From: Moraxella nasicaprae
GTDB taxonomy: Bacteria > Pseudomonadota > Gammaproteobacteria > Pseudomonadales > Moraxellaceae
Assembly: GCF_025643275.1 (NCBI RefSeq)
Contig: NZ_CP089977.1
Coordinates: 1,050,001-1,082,000 of the forward strand
Direction: 5' to 3'
DNA length: 32,000 nt
This document shows, one piece after another, positions 18,925-27,485 of this stretch. Position 1 is the stretch's first letter; each line of letters begins with the position of its first letter. Under the pieces are notes generated by a model, which saw only the letters and a list, made by a program, of their open reading frames with translations, did not search any database and was not told the DNA's origin. The translations under genes and the position numbers were made by a program.

Positions 18925-20025
18925 TTAGGTTTTATCTACGGTCTCGATGACATTCAACCCAAAGCCTGACAGGGCATTAAATTTGACAGGGCTGGATAAT
19001 AAACGCATGTTCTTGACGCCTAAGTGTTTTAGGATTTGAGCACCAACACCGATGGTTTGGTACATTTCTCGGCGGATATGCACAGGTTTTGGGGTTGGGT
19101 TTTTGATGGCGGTAAAGGCATCGGCAAGCTGCATATCATCGCCATGCCCAATCCATACAAACACACCATGTTTGGCTTGGCTAAGCTCTTGCAAGGCGTT
19201 TTGAATGTTCCATTGGCTACCGCCTGTATGGATACCAAACAAATCTTTCATGGGCGAAAAGCTATGCACACGCACGGTACTGACTTCGTTGTCGTCAGGC
19301 GTGCCTTTGACAAAAGCTAGATGTGTGTCGGTTGAGCCAAATTCAGTAAATCGGTAGGCGGTAAATTGTCCATATTGGCTGTCGATGTCAAAATGCTCCA
19401 CTTCACTGACGGTCTGTTCGGTTGCCATGCGATATTCAATCAAATCGGCAATCGTGCCAATCTTAATGCCATGTTCTTTGGCAAAAATTTCCAAATCATC
19501 ACGGCGAGCCATTTCGCCATCTGGTTTAATAATCTCGACAATCACCGCCGCAGGTTCAAGTCCTGCCAAGCGTGCCAAGTCACACCCTGCCTCCGTATGC
19601 CCTGCACGATGCAAGACACCGCCTTGTCTTGCCATGATGGGAAAGATGTGTCCTGGCTGAACGATGTCGGTGGGCTTGGCGTTTGGGGCGACTGCTGCCA
19701 AAATGGTGGTGGCACGGTCAGAGGCTGAAATGCCAGTCGTCACCCCTTCGGCGGCTTCGATGGATAGTGTGAAATTGGTGCTAAATTTTGCACCGTTTTT
19801 ATCACTCATCAAAGGTAGGTCAAGTTGCTTGCAGCGTTCTTCGGTGAGCGTCAAGCACACCAAGCCACGAGCGTGAGTAATCATAAAATTGATGTCTGAT
19901 GGCTTGACATGGGTTGCCGCCATGATGATGTCGCCTTCGTTTTCACGCCCTTCATCGTCCATCAAAATGACCATTTTGCCTTGTTTGATGTCTTCGATAA
20001 TCTCGCGAATGTTATTTAGTGCCAT
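18925..20025 (-). CDS. ribBA: 3,4-dihydroxy-2-butanone-4-phosphate synthase fused to a degenerate GTP cyclohydrolase II-like domain (RibBX type)
   Basis: 366-aa ORF with the N-terminal DHBPS core MVILMDDEGRENEGDIIMAA...HTEAGCDLARLAG. The C-terminal domain aligns to RibA, but reads VRVHSFSPMKDLFGIHTGGSQW where active GCHII has its zinc-binding cysteines (VRVHSECLTGD...CDCG). Confidence 0.9.
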   Translation of the reverse strand: MALNNIREIIEDIKQGKMVILMDDEGRENEGDIIMAATHVKPSDINFMITHARGLVCLTLTEERCKQLDLPLMSDKNGAKFSTNFTLSIEAAEGVTTGISASDRATTILAAVAPNAKPTDIVQPGHIFPIMARQGGVLHRAGHTEAGCDLARLAGLEPAAVIVEIIKPDGEMARRDDLEIFAKEHGIKIGTIADLIEYRMATEQTVSEVEHFDIDSQYGQFTAYRFTEFGSTDTHLAFVKGTPDDNEVSTVRVHSFSPMKDLFGIHTGGSQWNIQNALQELSQAKHGVFVWIGHGDDMQLADAFTAIKNPTPKPVHIRREMYQTIGVGAQILKHLGVKNMRLLSSPVKFNALSGFGLNVIETVDKT

Positions 20026-20069
20026 AATAATCTCATTGTGTTTGGGTGGTTAATTGATGGGGTTTTTTG

Positions 20070-21335
20070 TCAATTTTTAAAGGTGTGATTTTGTTTGAGC
20101 CAGTTGATGAAAGCAAAACTTGCCTGTTCCTTTTGATTATCGGCAAATTCATAAAAACGCACACCAGACAAATGCTCTGGCAGGTATTGCTGAGGGTAAT
20201 AATGATTGGGGTAATCATGCGGATAGACATAATCCACCCCATAGCCCTCTTGTTTCATCAGTTTGGTTACACCATTTCTTAGGTGTAATGGAACAGGTGA
20301 CTGGTCGGTCTGGGCAACTGCCATTGCCTGATTGATGGCGTTGTAGCTGGTATTGGATTTTGGACTATTGGCAAGATAAATCGCCACCTGCCCTAGTATG
20401 ATTCTTGCCTCTGGCATGCCAATGGACTGCACAGAACGCAAGGCGGTATCTGCCAGCAATAGAGCATTTGGATTGGCAAGTCCGATGTCTTCGCTGGCGG
20501 CAATCACCAGTCTTCGAGCGATAAAAGCAGGGTCTTCGCCAGCGGTCAGCATTCGTGCCAGCCAATATACAGCGGCATCAGCGTCTGAGCCACGAATGGA
20601 TTTAATCATCGCAGAGACGATGTCATAGTGATTATCGCCTGATTTGTCATATCGCACCAAAGATTGTCCTGCCACTTTGGCGGTGCTTTGATTATTAATG
20701 ATGATGGGTTCTGGGGCGGTGCAGATGAGTTCTAGTAGATTTAAGACTCGCCTACCATCGCCTTGTGATAAATCAATCAAGGCGGTCAAGTCATCAATGA
20801 TGATTTGTCGGTGTTTTAAAATCTCATCATGAGCGATGGTATGCTTGACCAGCTTAGTAATGTCATCAGCATCAAGTGGTTTTAGGCGATATACCTGACA
20901 ACGAGAAAGTAGTGCGTTATTGACGCTAAACGATGGATTTTCGGTGGTTGCCCCAATAAAAGTAATCTGCCCTGTTTCGACCGCTTGCAATAACGCATCT
21001 TGCTGGGCTTTATTAAAACGATGAATTTCATCGACAAATACCACAGGCGGCTCAAAGAACAAGCCATCATCGCCATCAAGCACTTCTCTAAGTTCTTTTA
21101 CGCCTGAGGATATGGCAGATAAGGGGCGAAAAGGACGACCGACCGCTTGTGCCAGTAGCATTGCCAGCGTGGTTTTACCAATCCCTGCTGAGCCGTGCAA
21201 AATCATCGATGGCAAAAACTTTTGTCTGATGATGTTGGTAATGGGGGCATCATCGCCCAGCAGGTGTTGCTGTCCGACAATGTCATCAATACGCTTGGGT
21301 CGCATGCGTTCAGCTAGGGGTTGTTGGCTCATCAT
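20070..21335 (-). CDS. rarA: Replication-associated recombination protein A (MgsA/RarA AAA+ ATPase)
   Basis: 421-aa ORF with [17 protein letters not shown], Walker [13 protein letters not shown], Walker [16 protein letters not shown] and the C-terminal MgsA domain ([28 protein letters not shown]). Confidence 0.95.
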   Translation of the reverse strand: MMSQQPLAERMRPKRIDDIVGQQHLLGDDAPITNIIRQKFLPSMILHGSAGIGKTTLAMLLAQAVGRPFRPLSAISSGVKELREVLDGDDGLFFEPPVVFVDEIHRFNKAQQDALLQAVETGQITFIGATTENPSFSVNNALLSRCQVYRLKPLDADDITKLVKHTIAHDEILKHRQIIIDDLTALIDLSQGDGRRVLNLLELICTAPEPIIINNQSTAKVAGQSLVRYDKSGDNHYDIVSAMIKSIRGSDADAAVYWLARMLTAGEDPAFIARRLVIAASEDIGLANPNALLLADTALRSVQSIGMPEARIILGQVAIYLANSPKSNTSYNAINQAMAVAQTDQSPVPLHLRNGVTKLMKQEGYGVDYVYPHDYPNHYYPQQYLPEHLSGVRFYEFADNQKEQASFAFINWLKQNHTFKN

Positions 21336-21401
21336 GATGTGCGTGGGATAAAAATTTGTGTTATTTTAGCACAATTTATCGTATTTTTTGTGTTTGATGA
21401 C

Positions 21402-21430
21402 TTGTCAGAATGTATGACGATTTTTATAAT
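21402..21430 (+). promoter_or_regulatory. Candidate sigma70 promoter for the DUF4157-like gene
   Basis: TTGTCA (21402-21407), a 17-nt spacer, then TATAAT (21425-21430), about 17 nt upstream of the ATG at 21447. This is sequence-pattern evidence only. Confidence 0.4.
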
Positions 21431-21446
21431 GGATTTTATTTTTTTA

Positions 21447-21890
21447 ATGCCAAATATGCCACGATTCATCAAACAAGACAGAGCCTTGACCATAGGCGAA
21501 CAGCAGCTTGCACGCAGCGTTTTTGGCGATGCCATACAGCTTGAACAAGTTCGCCTAAAAACCGCTTGTTGGGTGATAAAGGGTTATGCTGTTTCTCCTA
21601 ATGGGCATATTTATTTTCATACACAGGATTTTTGTGCAGATTTTAGCGTTCAGTCGTTACAAATCAGAGCGTGGCTGATTCACGAATTGACCCATGTTTG
21701 GCAGGTGCAACAGGGTAAGCAGGTGTTTTGGCGAGCGTTATTTAATCGCAGATACCGTTATCGTTTGGGTAAGCGATTTGAGCAATACGGCATTGAGCAA
21801 CAAGCTCACATGGTTGAAGAATATTACATTCGCCGTGAGATGGGCAAAAATTGCGATGCTTGGCGGGCGTGTTTACCGTTTTTGGCGTGA
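21447..21890 (+). CDS. Small stand-alone DUF4157-like HExxH (putative zinc metallopeptidase-like) protein
   Basis: Track ORF 21321-21890, trimmed to MPNMPRF because the upstream part overlaps the rarA start and the promoter. The pattern LARSVFGDAIQLEQVRLKT...AVSPNGHIYFH...AWLIHELTHVWQVQQG matches my recollection of the DUF4157 layout (V-R-h...A-x-T-x-G-x-I-x-F...HELxHVxQ). No signal peptide is visible. The start (21447 or 21456) is uncertain. Confidence 0.6.
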   Translation: MPNMPRFIKQDRALTIGEQQLARSVFGDAIQLEQVRLKTACWVIKGYAVSPNGHIYFHTQDFCADFSVQSLQIRAWLIHELTHVWQVQQGKQVFWRALFNRRYRYRLGKRFEQYGIEQQAHMVEEYYIRREMGKNCDAWRACLPFLA

Positions 21891-21927
21891 CAAAATCATC
21901 AGATTGATAATAGCGATACAAAAACAT

Positions 21928-21956
21928 TTGAGTTTACAAGTGTTTTTTCTTATAAT
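21928..21956 (+). promoter_or_regulatory. Candidate sigma70 promoter for the autotransporter gene
   Basis: TTGAGT (21928-21933), a 17-nt spacer, then TATAAT (21951-21956). An AGGGA Shine-Dalgarno lies before the ATG at 21992. Confidence 0.4.
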
Positions 21957-21991
21957 GGCATGATATATTGATGCGATTTAGGGATAATTTG

Positions 21992-23857
21992 ATGAAATTT
22001 TCGTATGTATCTTTGATGATTGGGGCGTTGCTTGGTACGCAAGCCTTAGCACAAGATTTTAGCCAGATGGTGATTTTTGGCGATAGCTTATCAGACACTG
22101 GCAGGCTTAAAGACATCGTCACACAGGTCAATCCCACTTTTGGCAATGCACTACAAGAGTCCTTCACCACCAATCCTGACCCTGTGTGGGCAAGGGTGTT
22201 GGCAAGCAATTTGAGCACCAAAGCCGATGCCAACACCACCGCCAATCCTGCTGGCACAAACTATGCAGTTGGTGGAGCCAGATCTGGCAGTGAAGTTAAT
22301 TGGAATGGCGTGATTAGCGTTCCTTCGACCAGTAAACAGATTGGTACTTATCTTAGCCAGCACCAAAATAAAGCAGACCCTAATGCTTTATATGCGGTAT
22401 GGATTGGCTCTAATGATTTGATTGCCGCTGCCCAAGCAGGTAGCACCAATGAGGCTTTGGTGGCGATTTCTTCTTCGGCACAGGCAACTTATCAAGACAT
22501 TTTGACCCTGCATCAAGCTGGGGCAAAGTATGTTTTGGTGCCAAATGTGCCTGACATTAGCCTAACACCACGAGTGCTGTTTGCCGAAAAAGTGCTTGGT
22601 TTAACTGGCACGGCACAAAAATCTAGGACTGCCGCCAAACTTTATAATGATAAGCTGTATCAGCAGCTTAATCAATCTGACATCAATGTCATTTCTGCCA
22701 ATACTTTTGGTTTGCTTCAAGAAGTTGCTGGCAATCCTACTGATTTTGGCTTCAAAAATACCAGCAGCGTGGCGTGCCAGATGCCAAATCGCACCACAGG
22801 AGCAGATGACCCGCTTTCGACTTCTTTGGCGTGCACACCTGCCAATCTGGTAGCAGCCGATGCCAATGAGACCCACCTGTTTGCTGATGATATTCACCCT
22901 ACTGGACGCACGCACCGTATTTTGGCACAGTATTATCAATCCATCATTGATGCACCAGCCGCCATGGCAAAACTGACGAATGTGGTGACTGATGATGGAC
23001 AAAGATTTGGGCAAAAACTGTACCAACAAATGAATACATTGACCGATGGTCAGGCGAATTGGTGGATTGATGGCGATGTGGTTAAATTGGATAATGGCTT
23101 AATATCCAGTCAAGGCACGCCCACGATGGTTGCTGTTGGAGCAAGTTTTGCCACTGATAACGGACATATTGGTGCTTATGCAAAACACGGTCAGCATCAG
23201 TACACACTAAGCCCCACCACCAAAGCAGATATTGACCAAACAGGGGTTGGTGTGTATGCTAAGCAGACTTTTGGTAAAGCCATCATCAATGCCCAAGCTG
23301 GTGTATCTCGCCTAGATGCCAAGACCGACCGCAGTATTGCTTGGGAGGGTCAGGCTCGCCATCATCAGGCTTGGGGGCGTGGCAGTCATACGCACGCAGG
23401 TCTAAGAGTGGCGTATCAGCTTGGGTCTGATAAGCTAAACTATCGCCCTTATGTGGGGGTGCTTGCCCAGCAGGTTGTCATCAAGGATTTGGTGGAAGAC
23501 CAAAGTCATTTGTCCACAGCGATGCGATTTGACACCCAAGAATACAACTCACTACAAGGTGAGCTTGGTGTGGCGGCAGATTATCAGCTTAATGACAAAA
23601 TCGCCATCAATACAGGCGTGGGCTATACGCATGAATTTCATGATGACGACCGCCAGATTGGAGCATCTTTGACTTCCTTGCCGTACAAAGGCTTTGTTTT
23701 GCCCACCACCAAAGATAAGAATGATGGTATCTATGCCCATCTTGGGGCAAATGCTCGCTTGACGGCTTCAACATCACTGAATCTGGGCGTGCTTGCCAAC
23801 CGTGCTGATGATAAGCATGGCGTGGGTGGATTTATTGGACTACAAGGCGTATTTTGA
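21992..23857 (+). CDS. GDSL/SGNH lipase-esterase autotransporter (McaP/EstA/ApeE-like)
   Basis: Signal peptide MKFSYVSLMIGALLGTQALA|QD. GDSL block I is VIFGDSLSDTG and block V is FADDIHPT. The C-terminal portion of about 270 aa has alternating beta-strand character and ends ...GGFIGLQGVF with a terminal aromatic residue, typical of an autotransporter beta-barrel. Confidence 0.88.
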   Translation: MKFSYVSLMIGALLGTQALAQDFSQMVIFGDSLSDTGRLKDIVTQVNPTFGNALQESFTTNPDPVWARVLASNLSTKADANTTANPAGTNYAVGGARSGSEVNWNGVISVPSTSKQIGTYLSQHQNKADPNALYAVWIGSNDLIAAAQAGSTNEALVAISSSAQATYQDILTLHQAGAKYVLVPNVPDISLTPRVLFAEKVLGLTGTAQKSRTAAKLYNDKLYQQLNQSDINVISANTFGLLQEVAGNPTDFGFKNTSSVACQMPNRTTGADDPLSTSLACTPANLVAADANETHLFADDIHPTGRTHRILAQYYQSIIDAPAAMAKLTNVVTDDGQRFGQKLYQQMNTLTDGQANWWIDGDVVKLDNGLISSQGTPTMVAVGASFATDNGHIGAYAKHGQHQYTLSPTTKADIDQTGVGVYAKQTFGKAIINAQAGVSRLDAKTDRSIAWEGQARHHQAWGRGSHTHAGLRVAYQLGSDKLNYRPYVGVLAQQVVIKDLVEDQSHLSTAMRFDTQEYNSLQGELGVAADYQLNDKIAINTGVGYTHEFHDDDRQIGASLTSLPYKGFVLPTTKDKNDGIYAHLGANARLTASTSLNLGVLANRADDKHGVGGFIGLQGVF

Positions 23858-23864
23858 TGACACA

Positions 23865-23898
23865 AAACCCCTAAGCATCACTTAGGGGTTTGTTTTTT
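23865..23898. terminator. Bidirectional rho-independent terminator between convergent genes
   Basis: AAACCCCTAAG-CATCA-CTTAGGGGTTTGTTTTTT has a perfect 11-bp stem with A-rich and T-rich flanks. It sits between the autotransporter stop (23857) and the methyltransferase stop (23913). Confidence 0.8.
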
Positions 23899-23912
23899 GG
23901 CATGATACAAAT

Positions 23913-24518
23913 TTAGTCTTTGACCGCCATCGTGATGGTGTAGGTCTTGCCTTGTTTGATTTTGTCGCTATTACCAAATACTTCGGTAAAAGAGCGTTTC
24001 ATAAAATCTCGCAAGCCGTTGATGGTCACCACATAAAATCTAGCACCGCTTTGCATACGCTCATAAGCGTCCAGCAGATACAGATAGTGCTGTTCCTTGC
24101 TGGCTTTGGCAGGTAGATTGCTCATCACAAGGCTAAATTTTTTGTCCATTGGCACTTCACGAAAGCCATTTGAGAGTTGGACTTGGGTGTTGGTTAAGCC
24201 GTTTTTTTGGCAGTTGAGCTTGGCGTACTCCACCGCCACAAAGTCTTTATCGATGAGTAAATGCTGACCATTTGGGCATTCACGAGCGGCTGTCATGCCA
24301 AGCACGCCATAGCCACAACCTAAGTCAATGCTGTCATCATCAGATTGAAAATCAATATAATCAAGCAACATCAGACTGCCCTCGTCCAACTTTTCGGGGC
24401 TAAAAATCCCCCAAGTGCTGACAAAGTCAAACGGCTTACCAAGCACTTCTTGGCGAAAGCTGATGTCGCCTCGCCATTGTTTGGCACGAGCAAGTAGGTC
24501 TGGATTGATTTGGTGCAT
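23913..24518 (-). CDS. Class I SAM-dependent methyltransferase (small MTS/RsmC-like domain)
   Basis: 201-aa ORF with SAM motif I IDLGCGYGVLGM and a motif IV-like MSNLPAK where RsmC/RlmG-type enzymes have NPPF/H. The substrate cannot be assigned from sequence. Confidence 0.7.
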   Translation of the reverse strand: MHQINPDLLARAKQWRGDISFRQEVLGKPFDFVSTWGIFSPEKLDEGSLMLLDYIDFQSDDDSIDLGCGYGVLGMTAARECPNGQHLLIDKDFVAVEYAKLNCQKNGLTNTQVQLSNGFREVPMDKKFSLVMSNLPAKASKEQHYLYLLDAYERMQSGARFYVVTINGLRDFMKRSFTEVFGNSDKIKQGKTYTITMAVKD

Positions 24519-24560
24519 ATAAATTCCTTGATAAATAAGCCAAATTATAACACAAAAGCC

Positions 24561-25376
24561 CTAGTCTTGGGCGTACTGCACCATCAATTCTCGCCTGCCA
24601 ATATTGGTCTGCCCAATGATGGGGCTAATGCTGGCAAGCTGGCGTTTGATTCTTTGGCTGATGGCATTGGCTGTTGCTATCGTGTTTGCATCAATATTGG
24701 GGTCTGATTGACCAAATAAATAGCCATCCAACAGTCTTTGGGCGTGCATGCCTTCTCGGCAATGATTTAGTACGCCCAAATGAGCATCGCCAAACAAAGT
24801 ACCAACCATTGTGCTTTCGGCAAGAGCGATGCCTAATGCACCATCTTCTCCGCCAAATTGGCGAAATAATGTATCGGTAGGAAAGCCACCGCACGCCAAA
24901 AATAATCCTTTGCGAAACACGGTATTGCCAGCCCCTGTCATTTGGGCAATGTCCCAGACTTTGGCAAAATTTGGGTGCTGATGATAGCGGTCTGCCAGAT
25001 TGATGGGAATCAGTTTGAGTCGGATAAGACTTAGGTTTGGTAATTGGGCAAATACTTGTGGCACGATGTCTAAGGCAGATGGCTGATATTCATCGTCAGC
25101 GTCTAAAAATGCCACCAAGTCCGCCTCACTGTGCAGGACACCCCAATTTCTGGCAAGAGCGACACCGCCATTGGTGGGTAGGTGTAATGCTTTGATTTTA
25201 TTGGGAAATTTTTTGGCAAACTCATCAATCATGGTGGCGGTATCGTCCGATGAGCCATCATTGATGAGTATGATGCGTTGGCAGGCGGCTTGGTGCAGCA
25301 CGCTTGACACGGCACGATTTAGGGTGGATTGTGCATTATAACAAGGAATGATGACATCAAGCGTTGGCGTGTCCAT
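24561..25376 (-). CDS. Family 2 glycosyltransferase
   Basis: Track ORF 24561-25526, trimmed to MDTPTLDVIIPCYNAQSTL. The ATG at 25376 lies 1 nt after the xerD stop and an AAGAGGA Shine-Dalgarno precedes it. It has the GT-A fold motifs IIPCYN, LINDGSSDDT and a DxD (FLDADDE). Confidence 0.85.
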   Translation of the reverse strand: MDTPTLDVIIPCYNAQSTLNRAVSSVLHQAACQRIILINDGSSDDTATMIDEFAKKFPNKIKALHLPTNGGVALARNWGVLHSEADLVAFLDADDEYQPSALDIVPQVFAQLPNLSLIRLKLIPINLADRYHQHPNFAKVWDIAQMTGAGNTVFRKGLFLACGGFPTDTLFRQFGGEDGALGIALAESTMVGTLFGDAHLGVLNHCREGMHAQRLLDGYLFGQSDPNIDANTIATANAISQRIKRQLASISPIIGQTNIGRRELMVQYAQD

Positions 25377-25377
25377 G

Positions 25378-26301
25378 TTATCCTCTTGGGTGGTGAGTGG
25401 CGTGAAGTTGTTGCAGGCGTGCGGTGGCGACATGGGTATAAATCTGCGTGGTGGATAAATCGCTATGACCCAGTAGTAGCTGCACACTGCGTAAATCAGC
25501 ACCGTGATTGACCAGATGAGTGGCAAAAGCGTGTCGTAAAGTGTGTGGCGAGATATGACTGGTAATGCCTGCGATTAGGGCGTATTTTTTGATGATGTGC
25601 CAAAAATTATGCCGTGTCATGTAGCCACCATGCTCGCTCAAAAACACTGCCTGACAGTCTTTTTTGCCCAGTAAAAATCCTGCACGATGTGGTAGATAGC
25701 GATGTAAAGCATCGATGGCATAGTCGCCCAATGGCACAAGGCGAGTTTTATTGCCCTTGCCTGTGATGCGAATCCAGCCTGCATTAAGATTAAGCTCATC
25801 TAGGGATAAATTCACCAGCTCGCTGACTCGTAATCCACAAGCATACAGCACTTCTAGCATTGCTTTATCTCTTAGACCCAAAGCGGTGCTGACATCAGGA
25901 GCTAACAAGAGTGTTTCGATGTCTTGTTCGGATAGGGATTTTGGCAATGCCATGCCTAGTTTTGGGCTTTTGATGTGCTGGCAGGGATTGTCCTGCCTTT
26001 GGTCTTGTTCAATTTGCCACAAAAAAAATCGCCGCAAACTTGCCAATAGCCGTGCGATGGATTTGGGGGATTTATTGTCTTGCTTGGCAAGGGTTAGACA
26101 GCTGATGACTTGGCTTTCTTGCCATTGAGACAAAGGGAGCTGATGTTGTTTGATGCACCATCGCAAGTCTTGCAAATAGGCATTTCTGGTTGCCACAGAC
26201 AAACCCTGTGCCAGCATTGCCCCACGAAAATCACTCAGATAATCTGGGTCATCATCACACAGGACGACTTTGCTTTTGCGAGGTGTGGTGGCACGGCTCA
26301 T
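25378..26301 (-). CDS. xerD: Site-specific tyrosine recombinase XerD
   Basis: Trimmed to MSRATTPRK; its ATG overlaps the tusA stop as ATGA. The C-terminal catalytic region HTLRHAFATHLVNHGADLRSVQLLLGHSDLSTTQIYTHV...HHPRG is nearly identical in pattern to XerD. Confidence 0.9.
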   Translation of the reverse strand: MSRATTPRKSKVVLCDDDPDYLSDFRGAMLAQGLSVATRNAYLQDLRWCIKQHQLPLSQWQESQVISCLTLAKQDNKSPKSIARLLASLRRFFLWQIEQDQRQDNPCQHIKSPKLGMALPKSLSEQDIETLLLAPDVSTALGLRDKAMLEVLYACGLRVSELVNLSLDELNLNAGWIRITGKGNKTRLVPLGDYAIDALHRYLPHRAGFLLGKKDCQAVFLSEHGGYMTRHNFWHIIKKYALIAGITSHISPHTLRHAFATHLVNHGADLRSVQLLLGHSDLSTTQIYTHVATARLQQLHATHHPRG

Positions 26302-26534
26302 GATTTTTTTTGTACCACATAGCGATAACTGCCATCGTCTAGGGTTTCTTGGCTGACTAGGGTATGCCCCAAATGACGACAAAAATTAGGAATGTCTCTG
26401 GTGGTGGCAGGGTCGGTTGCCAATATCTGGATATACTCACCGCCAGCAGCCTGCCTGATGGTTTTGTGCAGTAGCATTACAGGTTCTGGACAAATCAATC
26501 CTGTGGTGTCTAATTGATGATGAAAGTCTGTCAT
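26298..26534 (-). CDS. tusA: Sulfurtransferase TusA family protein
   Basis: MTDFHHQLDTTGLICPEPVMLLHKTIR carries the CPxP active-site motif. The product is 78 aa from the ATG at 26534; the track ORF uses a TTG at 26543. Confidence 0.85.
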   Translation of the reverse strand: MTDFHHQLDTTGLICPEPVMLLHKTIRQAAGGEYIQILATDPATTRDIPNFCRHLGHTLVSQETLDDGSYRYVVQKKS

Positions 26535-26545
26535 AGTGTCCAATC

Positions 26546-27010
26546 TTAATGATGTTGTTTGGTTGAATGGTTGTGGGTGGATTTATCTTGTAAAAAAGAT
26601 AAGAATTTTTGTAAATTTACCTTAATCAAAAAAGGCATGCCAAACCAAGCAATCATCGCCAAAAATAAACTCATAAAAAAGACGATGCTTGCATTGCCAA
26701 TGGCATAACTAATCAGAGCAAACGCCAAAAGTCCTACTCCTACCATCAATAGAATCAATAAAATAATCCCATCAACAATGCGATAGCGATGGAGCAAAAA
26801 CAGATGATATAAACTGATGGGTATGCTGATGGCAATGAGCAAATACGGCAGATAGTGAAATGCATAATACACCACCGTGCTGTCTTTAAAGTGTGCCATC
26901 GATGCCAAAGTGCCAAAGACACAAAAGCAGATGACGGCAAGAATGCCAAGCCAAACCGTAAATTTGGCGAGCGTAAGAGCATGATTGAAAGTGTTGGTTA
27001 AGTCAGTCAT
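26546..27010 (-). CDS. Hypothetical integral membrane protein (about 4 predicted TM helices)
   Basis: Trimmed to MTDLTNTF; the ATG at 27010 overlaps the ruvX end by 8 nt. It has four long hydrophobic segments and a His-rich C-terminus (STHNHSTKQHH). I recognise no family. Confidence 0.6.
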   Translation of the reverse strand: MTDLTNTFNHALTLAKFTVWLGILAVICFCVFGTLASMAHFKDSTVVYYAFHYLPYLLIAISIPISLYHLFLLHRYRIVDGIILLILLMVGVGLLAFALISYAIGNASIVFFMSLFLAMIAWFGMPFLIKVNLQKFLSFLQDKSTHNHSTKQHH

Positions 27011-27485
27011 CTTTGGGCGAGTCTTTGTGGTTTTTGATATAGATAGCGTGCTTGGGACTACGAAAATAGCCGTCAATCAATAAGCAGGCTGAGATGTCAT
27101 CGATGGGGTCTCTTTCATCATCAATCCAGCCGTTTTCCCAAGCAATTTGTCGTGCTTCGACAGATGATAGGCGTTCATCATAGACGAAGACAGACACGGC
27201 TTGATGGCGTTCTGCCAAGCGGTGCGAAAGCCTGCGAGCAAATTTATGGGCTCGCTTGGAAATCATCGAGTCTGTACCGTCCATGTTAAGTGGCAATCCC
27301 ACCAACACCTCGTGAATGCCCCAATGCTCAATGATGCCAAGCAGATTATCCCAGTCGGCAGGCTGTCCATTATCCATCGCTAAGATGTCAAATGGGCGAG
27401 CGTCTTGGGTTAGGCTGTTGCCCAGTGCCATGCCCATTTTTTTGACACCGTAGTCTAGGGCGAGTATCAAAGTTGGATTGTTCAT
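27003..27485 (-). CDS. ruvX: Putative pre-16S rRNA nuclease / Holliday-junction-resolvase-like RuvX (YqgF)
   Basis: 160-aa ORF with the N-terminal LALDYGVKKMGMALGN motif (the RNase H-like YqgF signature). It lies directly downstream of yqgE. Confidence 0.9.
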   Translation of the reverse strand: MNNPTLILALDYGVKKMGMALGNSLTQDARPFDILAMDNGQPADWDNLLGIIEHWGIHEVLVGLPLNMDGTDSMISKRAHKFARRLSHRLAERHQAVSVFVYDERLSSVEARQIAWENGWIDDERDPIDDISACLLIDGYFRSPKHAIYIKNHKDSPKDD

